Shown here: positions 19,230 to 29,050 of the stretch, piece after piece | Numbering within the stretch: position 1 is the stretch's first letter | How the letters are laid out: each line of letters begins with the position of its first letter | From: a virus | Taxonomy: Duplodnaviria > Caudoviricetes | IMG/VR virus record: IMGVR_UViG_3300015606_001334 | Coordinates: 1-64,000 of that record | Length of the DNA: 64,000 bases | Reading direction: 5' to 3' (one strand) | Translations under genes and position numbers: made by a program | The notes under the pieces: model-generated | What the model was told of the DNA's origin: nothing | What the model saw: the letters and a program-made list of their open reading frames with translations, nothing else | The model's database searches: none

Positions 19230-21121
19230 TACTTATCCTCCAATTGCAACCATTCTTTGCGTTTATCAGCTGCACCATTTTCTTTTCCGAAGACCAGATC
19301 AATTATATCATAGTCTGAAGAATCTTGAACTTGAATTTGCACCAGGTGCTTATCCATATTGTTGAAGTAACCTTCAAAGTCCTTTGCGGTAGAAGAACCG
19401 AGACCTTTCAAATAGCGTACACTGTAGCGCTTGTCTTTGTTTTCCTCTGCCCACTTAGAGAATTCATTCAAGGAGTAAAAGAGTTTTTCTGTCTTACCGA
19501 TCTGGACCTTCATGATCGGAGTAACAAACTTGTGGAAAACCCCCATAGCAAGAAGTTCTGGCCAGAACTTCTTGATCAATGCAGAAAGCAAACCGAAGAT
19601 GTGCTGACCGTCAGCATCCGCGTCAGTACAAGAAACAATCTTACCAAAACGGAGCTCAGAGATGTCATTGACCTTCTTACCAATCTTCAGACCGGTGATA
19701 GCCAATAGGTCGACAAATTCCTTGTTCTCCATCAACTTCTTGACATCGGTACCCATCGCATTGATTGGTTTACCCTTGAGAGGGTAACAACCGATCAGCG
19801 GGGTACGAGCAGAAAGAATAGCGTTCGATGCTGAGTCACCCTCACAGATGAACAACATACACTCATTGCGCTTTTCTTTCTCAGTCGCATCAGTGAACTT
19901 GGTGATTTTGCGAAGGTTCGCTTTGTTGAGGTCCTTATTGAGCTCACGTTCCTTAGCACGATTGGCTGCATCTTCCTTGGCTTGTACCCAGTCGAGAACC
20001 GATTGGATGACAGGAGACTTGACCAGCTTGGCAATCATCTTATCAGAGACGGTGAAGGTCGTACCGAAGTTTTTGACTTCAGAAACCATGCAGTCTTTAG
20101 TTTGACTGTTGAACTTAGGTTTATCGATGTTGCATGAAATGAAAAGTCGGATATGATTTTTGATCATACCGGGAGTAACATCAATTTTATGTTTCTTTTT
20201 AAAGAATTCCCGTAGCTTATTAGCCACCTGTGAATACACGTATTCTACATGATTGCCACCATTATAGGTTTCGACTGAGTTGACAAATGAAATTTGTTCA
20301 AAAGTGTCTTGGCCTGAATGAGCAATGCCTACTTGCCAATTCTCATTTTCTTCATAAACATATTCATCTTGATAAGCTTCAATATAGCTAGTAAAAGATT
20401 TGAAATTCAATCTTTCACCATTAATATAAAACTTAACAGAAGGATTACATCCTGCAACGTCAACGACTCGTTTGATCATTTTTTGAATATGATCTTGATT
20501 GAGATTTTTGATGCTAAAGTATTCAAAGTCTGGAACAAATGTTACTTTAGTCCCATGTTTGTCGTGCGCTTTAATTTTTGGGTCAGTTTTTTCTAGAAGC
20601 CCATTAAGGTACTCCTGTGAGAATCTTTTTTTACCATCACACGTATCAACTTTAAAGAAGGAGGAAAGAATTACCGCGATACTTGATCCTACGCCATTCG
20701 TGCCGATAGTCATCCGTTCTTCATCATCGTTGAAGTTTGAACCGGCTCGCAAATTGGTAAATACCGTTTCAGGAACATAAGTGCCCGTAACAGGGTGTAA
20801 TTCTACTGGTATACCGGCACCATTGTCTGAAATTGAAATTTCAGTTTCAGATATATCAACCCTAATAGTGTCAAGAATTTCTGGATGACGTTTAAACTCA
20901 TCAATGGAATTGTCAAGAATTTCCGAGAAAATCTTGATCAATGCAGGAACATAAGTAATGCTCCGCTTTTCCATCTTTTTTGATTCAAGATTAAAAACGT
21001 ATTCATCTCCAGTGTGGGGCGCAATTTGCCCGGCGTACATGCCTACTCGCTTACGAATATGATCTCGTTCGCTTAGTACTTGGTAACTTTCAGCTGATGT
21101 TTTTCGATTTTTAAGAGTCAT
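19229..21121 (-). CDS. DNA topoisomerase II ATPase/TOPRIM subunit (gp39+gp60 fused)
   Basis: EILDNSIDE, DNGAGIP, GTNGVG, EGDSA, PLKGK, DADADG, YLKGLG. Confidence 0.95.
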   Translation of the reverse strand: MTLKNRKTSAESYQVLSERDHIRKRVGMYAGQIAPHTGDEYVFNLESKKMEKRSITYVPALIKIFSEILDNSIDEFKRHPEILDTIRVDISETEISISDNGAGIPVELHPVTGTYVPETVFTNLRAGSNFNDDEERMTIGTNGVGSSIAVILSSFFKVDTCDGKKRFSQEYLNGLLEKTDPKIKAHDKHGTKVTFVPDFEYFSIKNLNQDHIQKMIKRVVDVAGCNPSVKFYINGERLNFKSFTSYIEAYQDEYVYEENENWQVGIAHSGQDTFEQISFVNSVETYNGGNHVEYVYSQVANKLREFFKKKHKIDVTPGMIKNHIRLFISCNIDKPKFNSQTKDCMVSEVKNFGTTFTVSDKMIAKLVKSPVIQSVLDWVQAKEDAANRAKERELNKDLNKANLRKITKFTDATEKEKRNECMLFICEGDSASNAILSARTPLIGCYPLKGKPINAMGTDVKKLMENKEFVDLLAITGLKIGKKVNDISELRFGKIVSCTDADADGQHIFGLLSALIKKFWPELLAMGVFHKFVTPIMKVQIGKTEKLFYSLNEFSKWAEENKDKRYSVRYLKGLGSSTAKDFEGYFNNMDKHLVQIQVQDSSDYDIIDLVFGKENGAADKRKEWLQLEDK

Positions 21122-21200
21122 AATTTGTTTAGTTGGTCTTACATCAAGTTAATGCTTTATTTATAAATAAGAATTATAACATATTCGTAAATCAAAAGAA

Positions 21201-21947
21201 ATGAAAAAATCTATACCATCCTGTGAAATTTGCGGAGCTTCTTTAGAAGGAAAGAGCTACAAAGGTAGAACATCATATCCTAGAACCTGCTCAAACGAAT
21301 GTAAACGTTCCTTAATTTCAAAAGAACGAACTAAAATTGATCCAACTACAGGTAAGAAGAAATCTGAATTGACAGCAATTAAAGCTTCTGAGACTATGAG
21401 AAATAATGTTATCAACGGCAAAACTATGCTTCAATTAAGAGCAGAAAAAGCAAATCATACGATGGAAGAAAATAATATTCGTCAAGCCGCTTCAGAAAAA
21501 AGATTGAAAACTATGGAAGAAAACGGAGAGTTTCTAGTCATAGGCGAAAAAATTAGAAATGGTATGAATAAAATTGGTAACGATGGTTTGACTAGAGCTC
21601 AATATGGCGCCAGGAACGCTAAAGAAAAAATGCGAGAAACATTTGAGGAGACCGGACGGTGGATTAAAAGTGATGAAGTTGAAGAATTTGAAAAATATCT
21701 AAGAGAAGTTAGATCACTGACTGAAAAACAACAATTATCAATTTTACCAAATTACGAACTCCGTGGGCACGTTTCTGTTGATGGCTATCACTTAGATCAT
21801 AAATTTTCAATTTATGATGGGTTTAAACACTCCGTCCCACCTGAAAAGGTTGCAAATATTCAGAACTTACAGTTTATCCATTGGAAAGAAAATGTCAAAA
21901 AGAACCACAAATCTTCTATTACTATAGAAGAGGTAATGTCATTTTAA
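21201..21947 (+). mobile_element. free-standing HNH-type homing endonuclease
   Basis: N-terminal CEIC...TCSNEC, C-terminal YHLDHKFSI...NLQFIHWKEN..K; AT-rich, opposite strand, own TATAAATA (21162-21169). Confidence 0.75.
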
Positions 21948-22198
21948 CGTTGTTTCTTTTTTAGATGATTTATAAACTGCTTTAATGTTTTTTGAATCTT
22001 CTCAAGTTTCTTAATAAAATCTGCATCATTATCTAATTCAGTTTGGTGTAATCTGGCAGATTGATGGCAATCTGCTATTTCAAAAAATTTAGTAATTTCC
22101 TTTTTATTCCAAGGAGCTTTACCGTAATATGCATAAACAGTCCCCGTAGATGGAGACTTTTTACTATTTAGAAATTTTCTATTGATAAAAGGTTTCAT
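21944..22198 (-). CDS. hypothetical protein
   Basis: Likely start MKPFINRKFLN at 22198; IADCH...RLH motif. Confidence 0.55.
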   Translation of the reverse strand: MKPFINRKFLNSKKSPSTGTVYAYYGKAPWNKKEITKFFEIADCHQSARLHQTELDNDADFIKKLEKIQKTLKQFINHLKKKQR

Positions 22199-22202
22199 TT
22201 CG

Positions 22203-23108
22203 TTAGAAGTCTTCAAACTTGTTTGCAGGTTCAATAAAAATTGTAGTGAATTGTGGAAATTTTTCAGAGATACTTTTTTCGATCGCGTCAATATCTTCAA
22301 TGATCTTCTTTGCGTCTTCTTTTTCAACCATTCGGACACGCATAAGAAGAACAGCTTCGCTACCCATTTGCAAGGTAGTACAATCGTAAGTGTGTTCGAT
22401 TTGGTCACACTTGTGGAAGATGTGCTCACGCAAAGCTCGGCGAACGACTGGGTCAACTGATTGACCAATCATCAAGGCCTTGATTTCAAAGAACAAGAAG
22501 GCGGCTACAGCGATCAGAAGAATACCGACAAATAAAGAACCAATTGCATCGAAGATCGGATTACCGGTTGCCCACGCAATCGCCAAGAAAACCAATGCGA
22601 TAGCTAGACCAACCAGAGCGGCGAGGTCTTCAGCAAAGATCACCAGAAGTTCTGGACTTCGAGTCTCTTTAAAGAACCATTGGAAGGATTTTCCAGGGTG
22701 AAGGGCCTTGATTTCTTTCAGACAGATCAAGAATGATCGGCCTTCCATAACGACACCAAACAATAGGATGCCAATAGCCCATTCAACGTTCTTCAATGGC
22801 TCAGGAGCCAGAACTTTGTGGATACCTTCATAGACGGAGTAAACTCCACCCAAAGAAAACAGGACAAGGGCGACGATGAATGACCAAAAGTAGACGTTCA
22901 TTCCGTAACCAAGTGGGTGGTTAATGTCAGCCTCTTTTGATGAGGTCTTTACACCCCACATTAACAAAAGTTGGTTGCCGCAATCAGCGGTGCTGTGAAT
23001 TGCTTCAGCTAGCATGGAGGCGGAGCCGGTAATGATGGCTCCAGCGGTTTTTGCGGCTGCAATGGAAGCATTTGCCAACATTGCAGCCTTAATACTGTCA
23101 CTGCTCAT
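22203..23108 (-). CDS. cation diffusion facilitator (CDF) transporter
   Basis: GSASMLAEAIHSTAD, HPLGYG, FAEDLAAL, six TM helices plus cytoplasmic domain. Confidence 0.88.
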   Translation of the reverse strand: MSSDSIKAAMLANASIAAAKTAGAIITGSASMLAEAIHSTADCGNQLLLMWGVKTSSKEADINHPLGYGMNVYFWSFIVALVLFSLGGVYSVYEGIHKVLAPEPLKNVEWAIGILLFGVVMEGRSFLICLKEIKALHPGKSFQWFFKETRSPELLVIFAEDLAALVGLAIALVFLAIAWATGNPIFDAIGSLFVGILLIAVAAFLFFEIKALMIGQSVDPVVRRALREHIFHKCDQIEHTYDCTTLQMGSEAVLLMRVRMVEKEDAKKIIEDIDAIEKSISEKFPQFTTIFIEPANKFEDF

Positions 23109-23695
23109 TTTTGTTTATAGAACTCGTTAATTTGGGTTTTATCTACACCAAGACGATGTAGACGTTTGATAGACTTACTCACGAGAGTATGCTCATTAGT
23201 CATATCAGGAACACTCGAAATCGTAATTTTACGTGGAACAAATTCCGTTTTTCCGAGTACGGTAGCCTTGTCATTTACGACAATCTTTGATGCATTTTTG
23301 ATTTTTGCTCGGTTCTGTTGTTGTTGAATTCGGACAACCTTTTCAAGACGGCGCTTTATACTCTTGATCTGACCTCGCAAAACATTCTCCATGAGGTTGC
23401 ATACAACAGGATCGTAAACGATACCATTTGCGCCAACTCGCATATCGTCGGCCTTATTCGCGACATCTCGCGAAATATTGTCAACAATGAAATAAAGCAT
23501 GGTTGTCGACATTTGATGATCGAGATGCAGAGCAACAGCTTCGTTAATCATCTTTGACGTGCTATTGATAAATGACGAAACTCGATGAGTTTGACGTTTA
23601 TCGCCCAAAGCATTCAACATGTCAGCAAGGTAAATTGCTGCTGGGCTATTACCAAAAGTCCGTTTATCCAGCATCTTCATCTCCTTTAAGAGCAC
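23105..23695 (-). CDS. hypothetical protein
   Basis: 196 aa in operon. Confidence 0.55.
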   Translation of the reverse strand: MLLKEMKMLDKRTFGNSPAAIYLADMLNALGDKRQTHRVSSFINSTSKMINEAVALHLDHQMSTTMLYFIVDNISRDVANKADDMRVGANGIVYDPVVCNLMENVLRGQIKSIKRRLEKVVRIQQQQNRAKIKNASKIVVNDKATVLGKTEFVPRKITISSVPDMTNEHTLVSKSIKRLHRLGVDKTQINEFYKQK

Positions 23696-24003
23696 TTAGG
23701 CTCCAAAATGATTGACAAATATTCAATTGCGTCAATCTTCTTTTCAAAGAACAGAAAAAGCTTTTTATGTCCCTTGAATTCTTGCACTGAGATACCAAGA
23801 GTTCTGAACCCTGGTTCTCGCTTCCAAACAGAGTAGCCCCAAACAAAATGACCGCTGATGTGCGGACTCGTCTTGATCTTGAGGCAATGGACAGATGGGT
23901 GTGAATCAAATCCATGAACACACCACAAAATCTTGTCCAAATTCTGAGGATCATTTGGGTCTACTGCTAGACTTTCCAGTTCTCTTTTAGTTCTCGGTTT
24001 CAT
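23686..24003 (-). CDS. hypothetical protein
   Basis: 105 aa in operon. Confidence 0.5.
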   Translation of the reverse strand: MKPRTKRELESLAVDPNDPQNLDKILWCVHGFDSHPSVHCLKIKTSPHISGHFVWGYSVWKREPGFRTLGISVQEFKGHKKLFLFFEKKIDAIEYLSIILEPKCS

Positions 24004-24172
24004 TCAAAATATTCACTAACAATTGCGACTTGAGAAAGAGTCAAAGGCTTACCATTTTTTGCTAACTCGTTGATAACATCTTCAATGACAGCCTGGGCAA
24101 ACTCATAAAGCTCATCATTCGGTAAAATACCAAGAGTTTCCCTAATCAGTTTCAATCTTTCAGGAATTTCCA

Positions 24173-24487
24173 TTATATACCTTCTGGGAAATTTTGTACA
24201 ACGTTGCCATAGAAGATGTTGGTTCCACCATCAAGGCCGCCAGTTTGCTTGAAGAAGAATGTAATATTCTTCTCCATACATTGTTTGTAGATATTGAGCG
24301 CCCATTCCATATTCATCGGGCGGAAGTTCTCACCAGACTCTCCACCAACGATAACCCAGTGATTGCCACCTGTCGCCAGATCGAGAGTTTCTGCATAACA
24401 GTTTTCGCATTCTGGTCCGACCTTTACACAACCCCACCAAGCGTTGAAGGTGCTATCAGTCCAACCAATTCCAGTTTCTTCAGCCAT
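24173..24487 (-). pseudogene. internally deleted phage Gp37/Gp68 (DUF5131) family gene
   Basis: N-terminal IGWTD.TFN.W.GC.KVGPECENCYA joined directly to C-terminal WVIVGGESG...FFFKQ.GG; only 104 aa. Confidence 0.7.
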
Positions 24488-24698
24488 TTTTCTCTCTCAC
24501 TATATCAGCAAGTAGGCTAAGTGCGCCAATAAAACAAAATGCACCGACAGCCGCAGTAAACCCAGCATATTCCATGTTGTTTTTACCGATGTTCACGAAT
24601 GTTCCATACACGTTAATCGCGATCAAGAGCGCTTGAAACACTAGTTGCCATTTTAGTTTTTCAACTTTTGACATCATTTCACGCATTTTCTTCACCAA
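24480..24698 (-). CDS. small two-TM membrane protein
   Basis: Two hydrophobic helices. Confidence 0.5.
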   Translation of the reverse strand: MVKKMREMMSKVEKLKWQLVFQALLIAINVYGTFVNIGKNNMEYAGFTAAVGAFCFIGALSLLADIVREKNG

Positions 24699-24948
24699 CA
24701 GGGAACAACATGTGAGGACGAACGTTTACCGTCTTTGCATCCTCATGAAAATCACGATCGATCGGTTTCCCGTAGAGGAAGTGATTGACCCTTTTGATAC
24801 TGAGGGTAACCATCCCAGTCTTGGTCATCTTGTCGGCCTTTCCAACAGCAGTCTTCGACCAACCACTGGATGTAGAAGAATAACCATAGAGCGTTCCCAA
24901 TTGAATTGGGTTACGCAATGCGTCGAGTGGTTCAAACGGTTCAGGCAT
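24679..24948 (-). CDS. hypothetical protein
   Basis: 89 aa in operon. Confidence 0.5.
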   Translation of the reverse strand: MPEPFEPLDALRNPIQLGTLYGYSSTSSGWSKTAVGKADKMTKTGMVTLSIKRVNHFLYGKPIDRDFHEDAKTVNVRPHMLFPVGEENA

Positions 24949-25273
24949 CGTGATTGCTCCTCACCAGATTAATGTATTCATGAATGTCTCGATTCCGAAC
25001 TATGCGGTGGAGTTCAGGATCGAACATACCATAGCGATCCTTGATCGGACGAAAATCACGCAGATCATCCACCTTGAAAATGATCGAGGCAAATTGAGTG
25101 GTAATATAGTCCGGCGCCTCATCGACCAACCTGAACACCCGGAAGGCATTTGCCATAGTAAAGATTACCATCCAGCCGCCGAGGGTTTTAACCTCGGTTC
25201 GAGGGTTTTCAGGCCAAACACAATCACCTTTACCACAGAACGGAGATTTGATTTGAGGATTACATTTACACAT
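24941..25273 (-). CDS. hypothetical protein
   Basis: MCKCNP..KSPFCGKGDC.WP N-terminus. Confidence 0.5.
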   Translation of the reverse strand: MCKCNPQIKSPFCGKGDCVWPENPRTEVKTLGGWMVIFTMANAFRVFRLVDEAPDYITTQFASIIFKVDDLRDFRPIKDRYGMFDPELHRIVRNRDIHEYINLVRSNHDA

Positions 25274-25280
25274 GTGACTT

Positions 25281-25799
25281 TTACTCGACGTGATTGGGGA
25301 GGTTTACAAACTCCCCGTAAACAGAACGAACATAACAACGAAGGCCAGCTTCGAGAAGTGTTTCACCTTCAGACTCATCATCTTCAGAATGGATGCTCCA
25401 AGCGGTCCAACCTCCATCTACACCTCGGCGACCAGGAGTTGTAGTAATCTTTTCTCGCTCGAGGATATTTACCCCATTTTTGAGCGGGTTGAATTTACCG
25501 CCAGGACCATGACCAATATGCGGAGTATTATGTTCATCATCCCACGTCCCAGACAACCATTCGCCAGGACCCCAAAGATACAATTCACCGGCCCGATCAT
25601 CGAGAAATTGTGGTGCTGGGCTGCAATCAAGTTGCGGGTACGCTTCGACGAACTGGTTGCGGGCCTTTTGAGTCAAGCTATCAGAAAACCCGGCTCGACG
25701 TGGGTCCATCGTGTAGATGCCCTTTTTGGCTTCAGCGAGACCGACAGCATAGGTGAGTTGGTTCAGAGAAAGGTTAGCAACGTTAATTTTGTTCATCAT
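25281..25799 (-). CDS. NinX/DUF2591-like hypothetical protein
   Basis: L...QL.YAV..A, ILEREKI, GETLLEAGLRCYV.S..G. Confidence 0.55.
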   Translation of the reverse strand: MMNKINVANLSLNQLTYAVGLAEAKKGIYTMDPRRAGFSDSLTQKARNQFVEAYPQLDCSPAPQFLDDRAGELYLWGPGEWLSGTWDDEHNTPHIGHGPGGKFNPLKNGVNILEREKITTTPGRRGVDGGWTAWSIHSEDDESEGETLLEAGLRCYVRSVYGEFVNLPNHVE

Positions 25800-25893
25800 G
25801 TTCTCCTTAGTTGGTGCGAATGATGTATTCAGCCAGAGGGTGTATTACAAAAATCCTATAAATAAATTATAAACTATTTCAAAGGAAAAAGAA

Positions 25894-26643
25894 ATGAAAA
25901 TTGGTCAGGTTTATTGCATTACTTATTTAGTGGATGGCCGAAAATATTTTGGTTTTTCGGTAAATTCCAAAAATAAAGGATTTGAGAAACGTTTTGAAAA
26001 ACACATGTCTGGCGATGGAGCAAGGCATATTAAAAACTTGATAAATGATGGAGCAAATGTTGATGATTTTAGAATTGAACTAGTATTTGAAGGAACGATT
26101 TCTGAGGCTCTTCAAAAAGAGGAAGAATTTTCTAAATCAACGCAGTTTCCATCTGGATTAAATGGAAACTGCGGGTTATGGGCAAATACTAAAGGTTATA
26201 AATTTGTCAATGACGGAAAAACTACAAAGAGTGTTGCTCCTGAGGATATAGAGTCATATATTGAAAATGGATGGAAGTACGGTAGATTACTAACAGACGA
26301 ACAGAAAAACAGAATAAGAAACGGAGCAAAGAAAAGTAAAGGTAAAAAATATCTCAATAAAGATGGAGTGAATATTACCGTGTCAGAAGAAGTCGTTCAA
26401 CACTATCTCAATGACGGGTGGAATCTTGGTAAGTATGTTAACTCAGAGTACAAGGAATCTCTTTCGCGAAATGGCAAAAACTGGAATAAAAACTCAATTG
26501 GTAAAAATCCAAGAGCCAAAGGATATATATGGCTAAATGATGGTACAAAGGATATTAGAGTAGATAAAGAAAAAGCCGATGAATTCCTATCCATCGGCTT
26601 TTCAAAAGGTAGACTTTGGACAAAATCTAAGAAAATCAATTAG
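25894..26643 (+). mobile_element. free-standing GIY-YIG-type homing endonuclease
   Basis: GQVYCIT...KYFG...RF..H, GLN; repeated NDG....V....Y...GW..GR modules; TATAAATA at 25857-25864. Confidence 0.75.
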
Positions 26644-27754
26644 TTCTGATAATATACTCTGCTAAACTACGCCAATTATCAGAACCACCAGTACGAATCT
26701 TAGCAACCGAGATCAACGAGCGGAGAGTCAGGTCGCGGACAACGAAGCGCTTTTCCTTGAGGAAAGCCAGAGCTTCACGCTTATGTTCGATCGGCAGAGA
26801 AGGCATGAATTCGTCGCCTTCAACGATCTTGGCCATGCGTTCGATCTTCTGATCAACAGTCATCGAAAGGTCAACGCACATCGAACGGGAACGGATTGCC
26901 TGATCAACGTGGTGATAAGACAGGTTGCTGATGAAGATGATCTGACCTTCGAACTTGAAGGAACGCGGCAGATCAGAGAAGGGGTTTTCAGAGTACCACG
27001 ACACCCAACGATCGTCGTAGCTATCGGCAGCAGCCTTGATGAGGTTGACAGCATTCGCATCCTTCTGGATGGAGTCGCAGTCATCAAAGATGCAGATCTT
27101 GGTACGGTTTTCGTAGAGGATGCGGTAGAGAGCCTTGGCAGTCGAGTAACCCTTGATGAAGATGAAGTCGCCCTTATTGACGGTAGAAGGAGCTTCCGGC
27201 TTGACAGGAGCTTCAACTTCACCGAGACCGTTGGGGTTCGGCTTCTTGGTGATCTTCTCGTACTGCTTGACAGCTTGTTCGTAGGCAGCCAGAGCAGCTT
27301 CATATTCGGTCTGCTGTTGACGACGTTCTTCAGCGTAGTTCGCTACGTCATCCAGGCCAGCTTCAGAAACCACCTTCTTGACGGTGAAGGTCTTACCAAG
27401 ACCGCCCTCGCCAGTGATCAGAAGGGAGGGGATATTCTTCTGAACGATCATCTTGACCAGTGACTCGAGGAACTCGAAACGAGTGTTGATGTCGAATTCG
27501 ATGGTGTCTTCTTCCAGACGTTCTTCAGGAAGAATGCCTTCGGTCGTCATGTGGGATTCTTCTTCCACATCGTAGACACCCATCTCGATAGCGCGAGCGC
27601 AGTCTTTGTTACGAATCTTTTCAACAACGTATTCCTTAGAGAAGGACTTTGCCAGCAAACGACCATTGTAGCGAGCAACGTACTTACCTTCTTCAAAGGT
27701 AAGCTTTGCAACGCGGCGTTCAGTGGTAGTTTCAGTCATCATTTTCCCTTTCAT
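26636..27754 (-). CDS. AAA+ ATPase
   Basis: Walker A GEGGLGKT, Walker B CIFDDCD, IFISN, AIRSR. Confidence 0.8.
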   Translation of the reverse strand: MKGKMMTETTTERRVAKLTFEEGKYVARYNGRLLAKSFSKEYVVEKIRNKDCARAIEMGVYDVEEESHMTTEGILPEERLEEDTIEFDINTRFEFLESLVKMIVQKNIPSLLITGEGGLGKTFTVKKVVSEAGLDDVANYAEERRQQQTEYEAALAAYEQAVKQYEKITKKPNPNGLGEVEAPVKPEAPSTVNKGDFIFIKGYSTAKALYRILYENRTKICIFDDCDSIQKDANAVNLIKAAADSYDDRWVSWYSENPFSDLPRSFKFEGQIIFISNLSYHHVDQAIRSRSMCVDLSMTVDQKIERMAKIVEGDEFMPSLPIEHKREALAFLKEKRFVVRDLTLRSLISVAKIRTGGSDNWRSLAEYIIRTN

Positions 27755-27787
27755 CGTAAATTCGGTTTGTGCTGCAGTATGAGATGA

Positions 27788-27816
27788 ATTATATCATGAC
27801 CGTCAGAAAAGTAAAC
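27788..27816 (-). promoter_or_regulatory. early promoter
   Basis: GTTTACT-N17-TATAAT with TG extension. Confidence 0.75.
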
Positions 27817-27830
27817 TCAAATTTTTGATT

Positions 27831-28292
27831 TCACAATATGATCGGTTCCGTAATTAAAAAATCAGAATCCAATGGGTATAGTAACCACGGAGTTGCGATA
27901 AATCTTTGTCGCTTCCAAATATGTACCGCATTTGTTCCAACTTCTTTAAATTGAAGTCTTCTTCCTCTTAGCTCAGCTTCAACATATTCACGAACAGCAG
28001 CTTCAGAAAATTTGACATGCTTTACTTTTGTGTCAATGTTGCCACAAATCTTTTCAAACCCTTCCACTATCGGAGTAGTGACATCCCCACAAATAGTATC
28101 ATGATGAACGGCACCATTTATCTCATACCAATGCTCGATGGCGGCGCCGAACTTCTGATCTTGAAGTGTGGCCTTTAGATTGTCTTTTCCGTTTTGTGAC
28201 TTCCACAAAGGAAACCAAGAAATGAAATCATCCCTCTTAAGATAAGCTTCCAAGTCTACCGGAACAAAAACTCTTTCAAAATACTTTTCCAT
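27831..28292 (-). CDS. hypothetical protein
   Basis: 153 aa; weak G..IE...GD...IDTK pattern. Confidence 0.5.
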   Translation of the reverse strand: MEKYFERVFVPVDLEAYLKRDDFISWFPLWKSQNGKDNLKATLQDQKFGAAIEHWYEINGAVHHDTICGDVTTPIVEGFEKICGNIDTKVKHVKFSEAAVREYVEAELRGRRLQFKEVGTNAVHIWKRQRFIATPWLLYPLDSDFLITEPIIL

Positions 28293-28308
28293 TTTATTCT
28301 TCTTATAT

Positions 28309-28334
28309 GAAAATAGGGAGTCCGAAGACTCCCT
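28309..28334 (-). terminator. rho-independent terminator
   Basis: GGGAGTC-TTCG-GACTCCC followed by TATTTT. Confidence 0.8.
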
Positions 28335-28353
28335 TGTTTGGAACTATTGAAGC

Positions 28354-28959
28354 TTAGGCCGGATTGCCACCATAGCCCTTGACGAATTCGCCAAGACCTA
28401 AATTATAGCCGGCACCAACCGCTTTGAACGCATAAGCGCCGTCTTCACGCTTGTAAACCGAGCCAAATTGGACGGCCGTCTCGTTGGAGAAGTCTTCACC
28501 GAGATCGTAACGAGCGATCAAATCCCCATTTTCATCATTGTAAAGCGCAATGTGTGATTTCGGAATTTGGCCGAAGTTTTGCTTGCGAACACCAGCTTCT
28601 TCGATGGTAACGATGAAGGAGATTTCATCAACACGCTTGTCCAGCTTGGTCAGATCGATCGTGATGGATTCGTCATCACCGTCGCCAGCACCGGTCTTGT
28701 TGTCACCGGAGTGGACGATAGCACCGTCAACGGAGTTCGGGTTGTTGTAGAAGACCATGAAGTCGGGATCATTGCGGGAACCGATCCAGTCCGGCTTGTC
28801 GCCGACAACCTGCAGGCCGAACGCCGTTACGTCCAAATCAAATTCGTGGCCAGTGTCAGTTTCATTCGGTTTCCAGCCCAGGCCAACACGCAGACGCTTC
28901 AGAGCGGGAGCTTCCTTGGCCAAATTGATCCGGCTGCCTTTAGTAAGATTGATTGCCAT
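28354..28959 (-). CDS. terD: TerD/TerE-family protein
   Basis: MAINLTKG.RINL.K, VGLGW, FDLD, HSGDNKTGAGDGDDE, QNFGQ, FKAVG.G. Confidence 0.9.
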   Translation of the reverse strand: MAINLTKGSRINLAKEAPALKRLRVGLGWKPNETDTGHEFDLDVTAFGLQVVGDKPDWIGSRNDPDFMVFYNNPNSVDGAIVHSGDNKTGAGDGDDESITIDLTKLDKRVDEISFIVTIEEAGVRKQNFGQIPKSHIALYNDENGDLIARYDLGEDFSNETAVQFGSVYKREDGAYAFKAVGAGYNLGLGEFVKGYGGNPA

Positions 28960-29014
28960 ACTTCTTTTCTCCTTAGTTAGTTCATCAAAAATAATCAGGT
29001 ATTACGTAAAAAGA

Positions 29015-29044
29015 ATTCTATTTCAAATTCATGAAAAAGTAAAC
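29015..29044 (-). promoter_or_regulatory. early promoter (terD)
   Basis: GTTTACT...TAGAAT. Confidence 0.65.
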
Positions 29045-29050
29045 AAGTTT

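Noticed and set aside
17865-21947. Intron or intein in the topoisomerase genes
   Set aside because: Both subunits are continuous and of normal length; the HNH gene is free-standing
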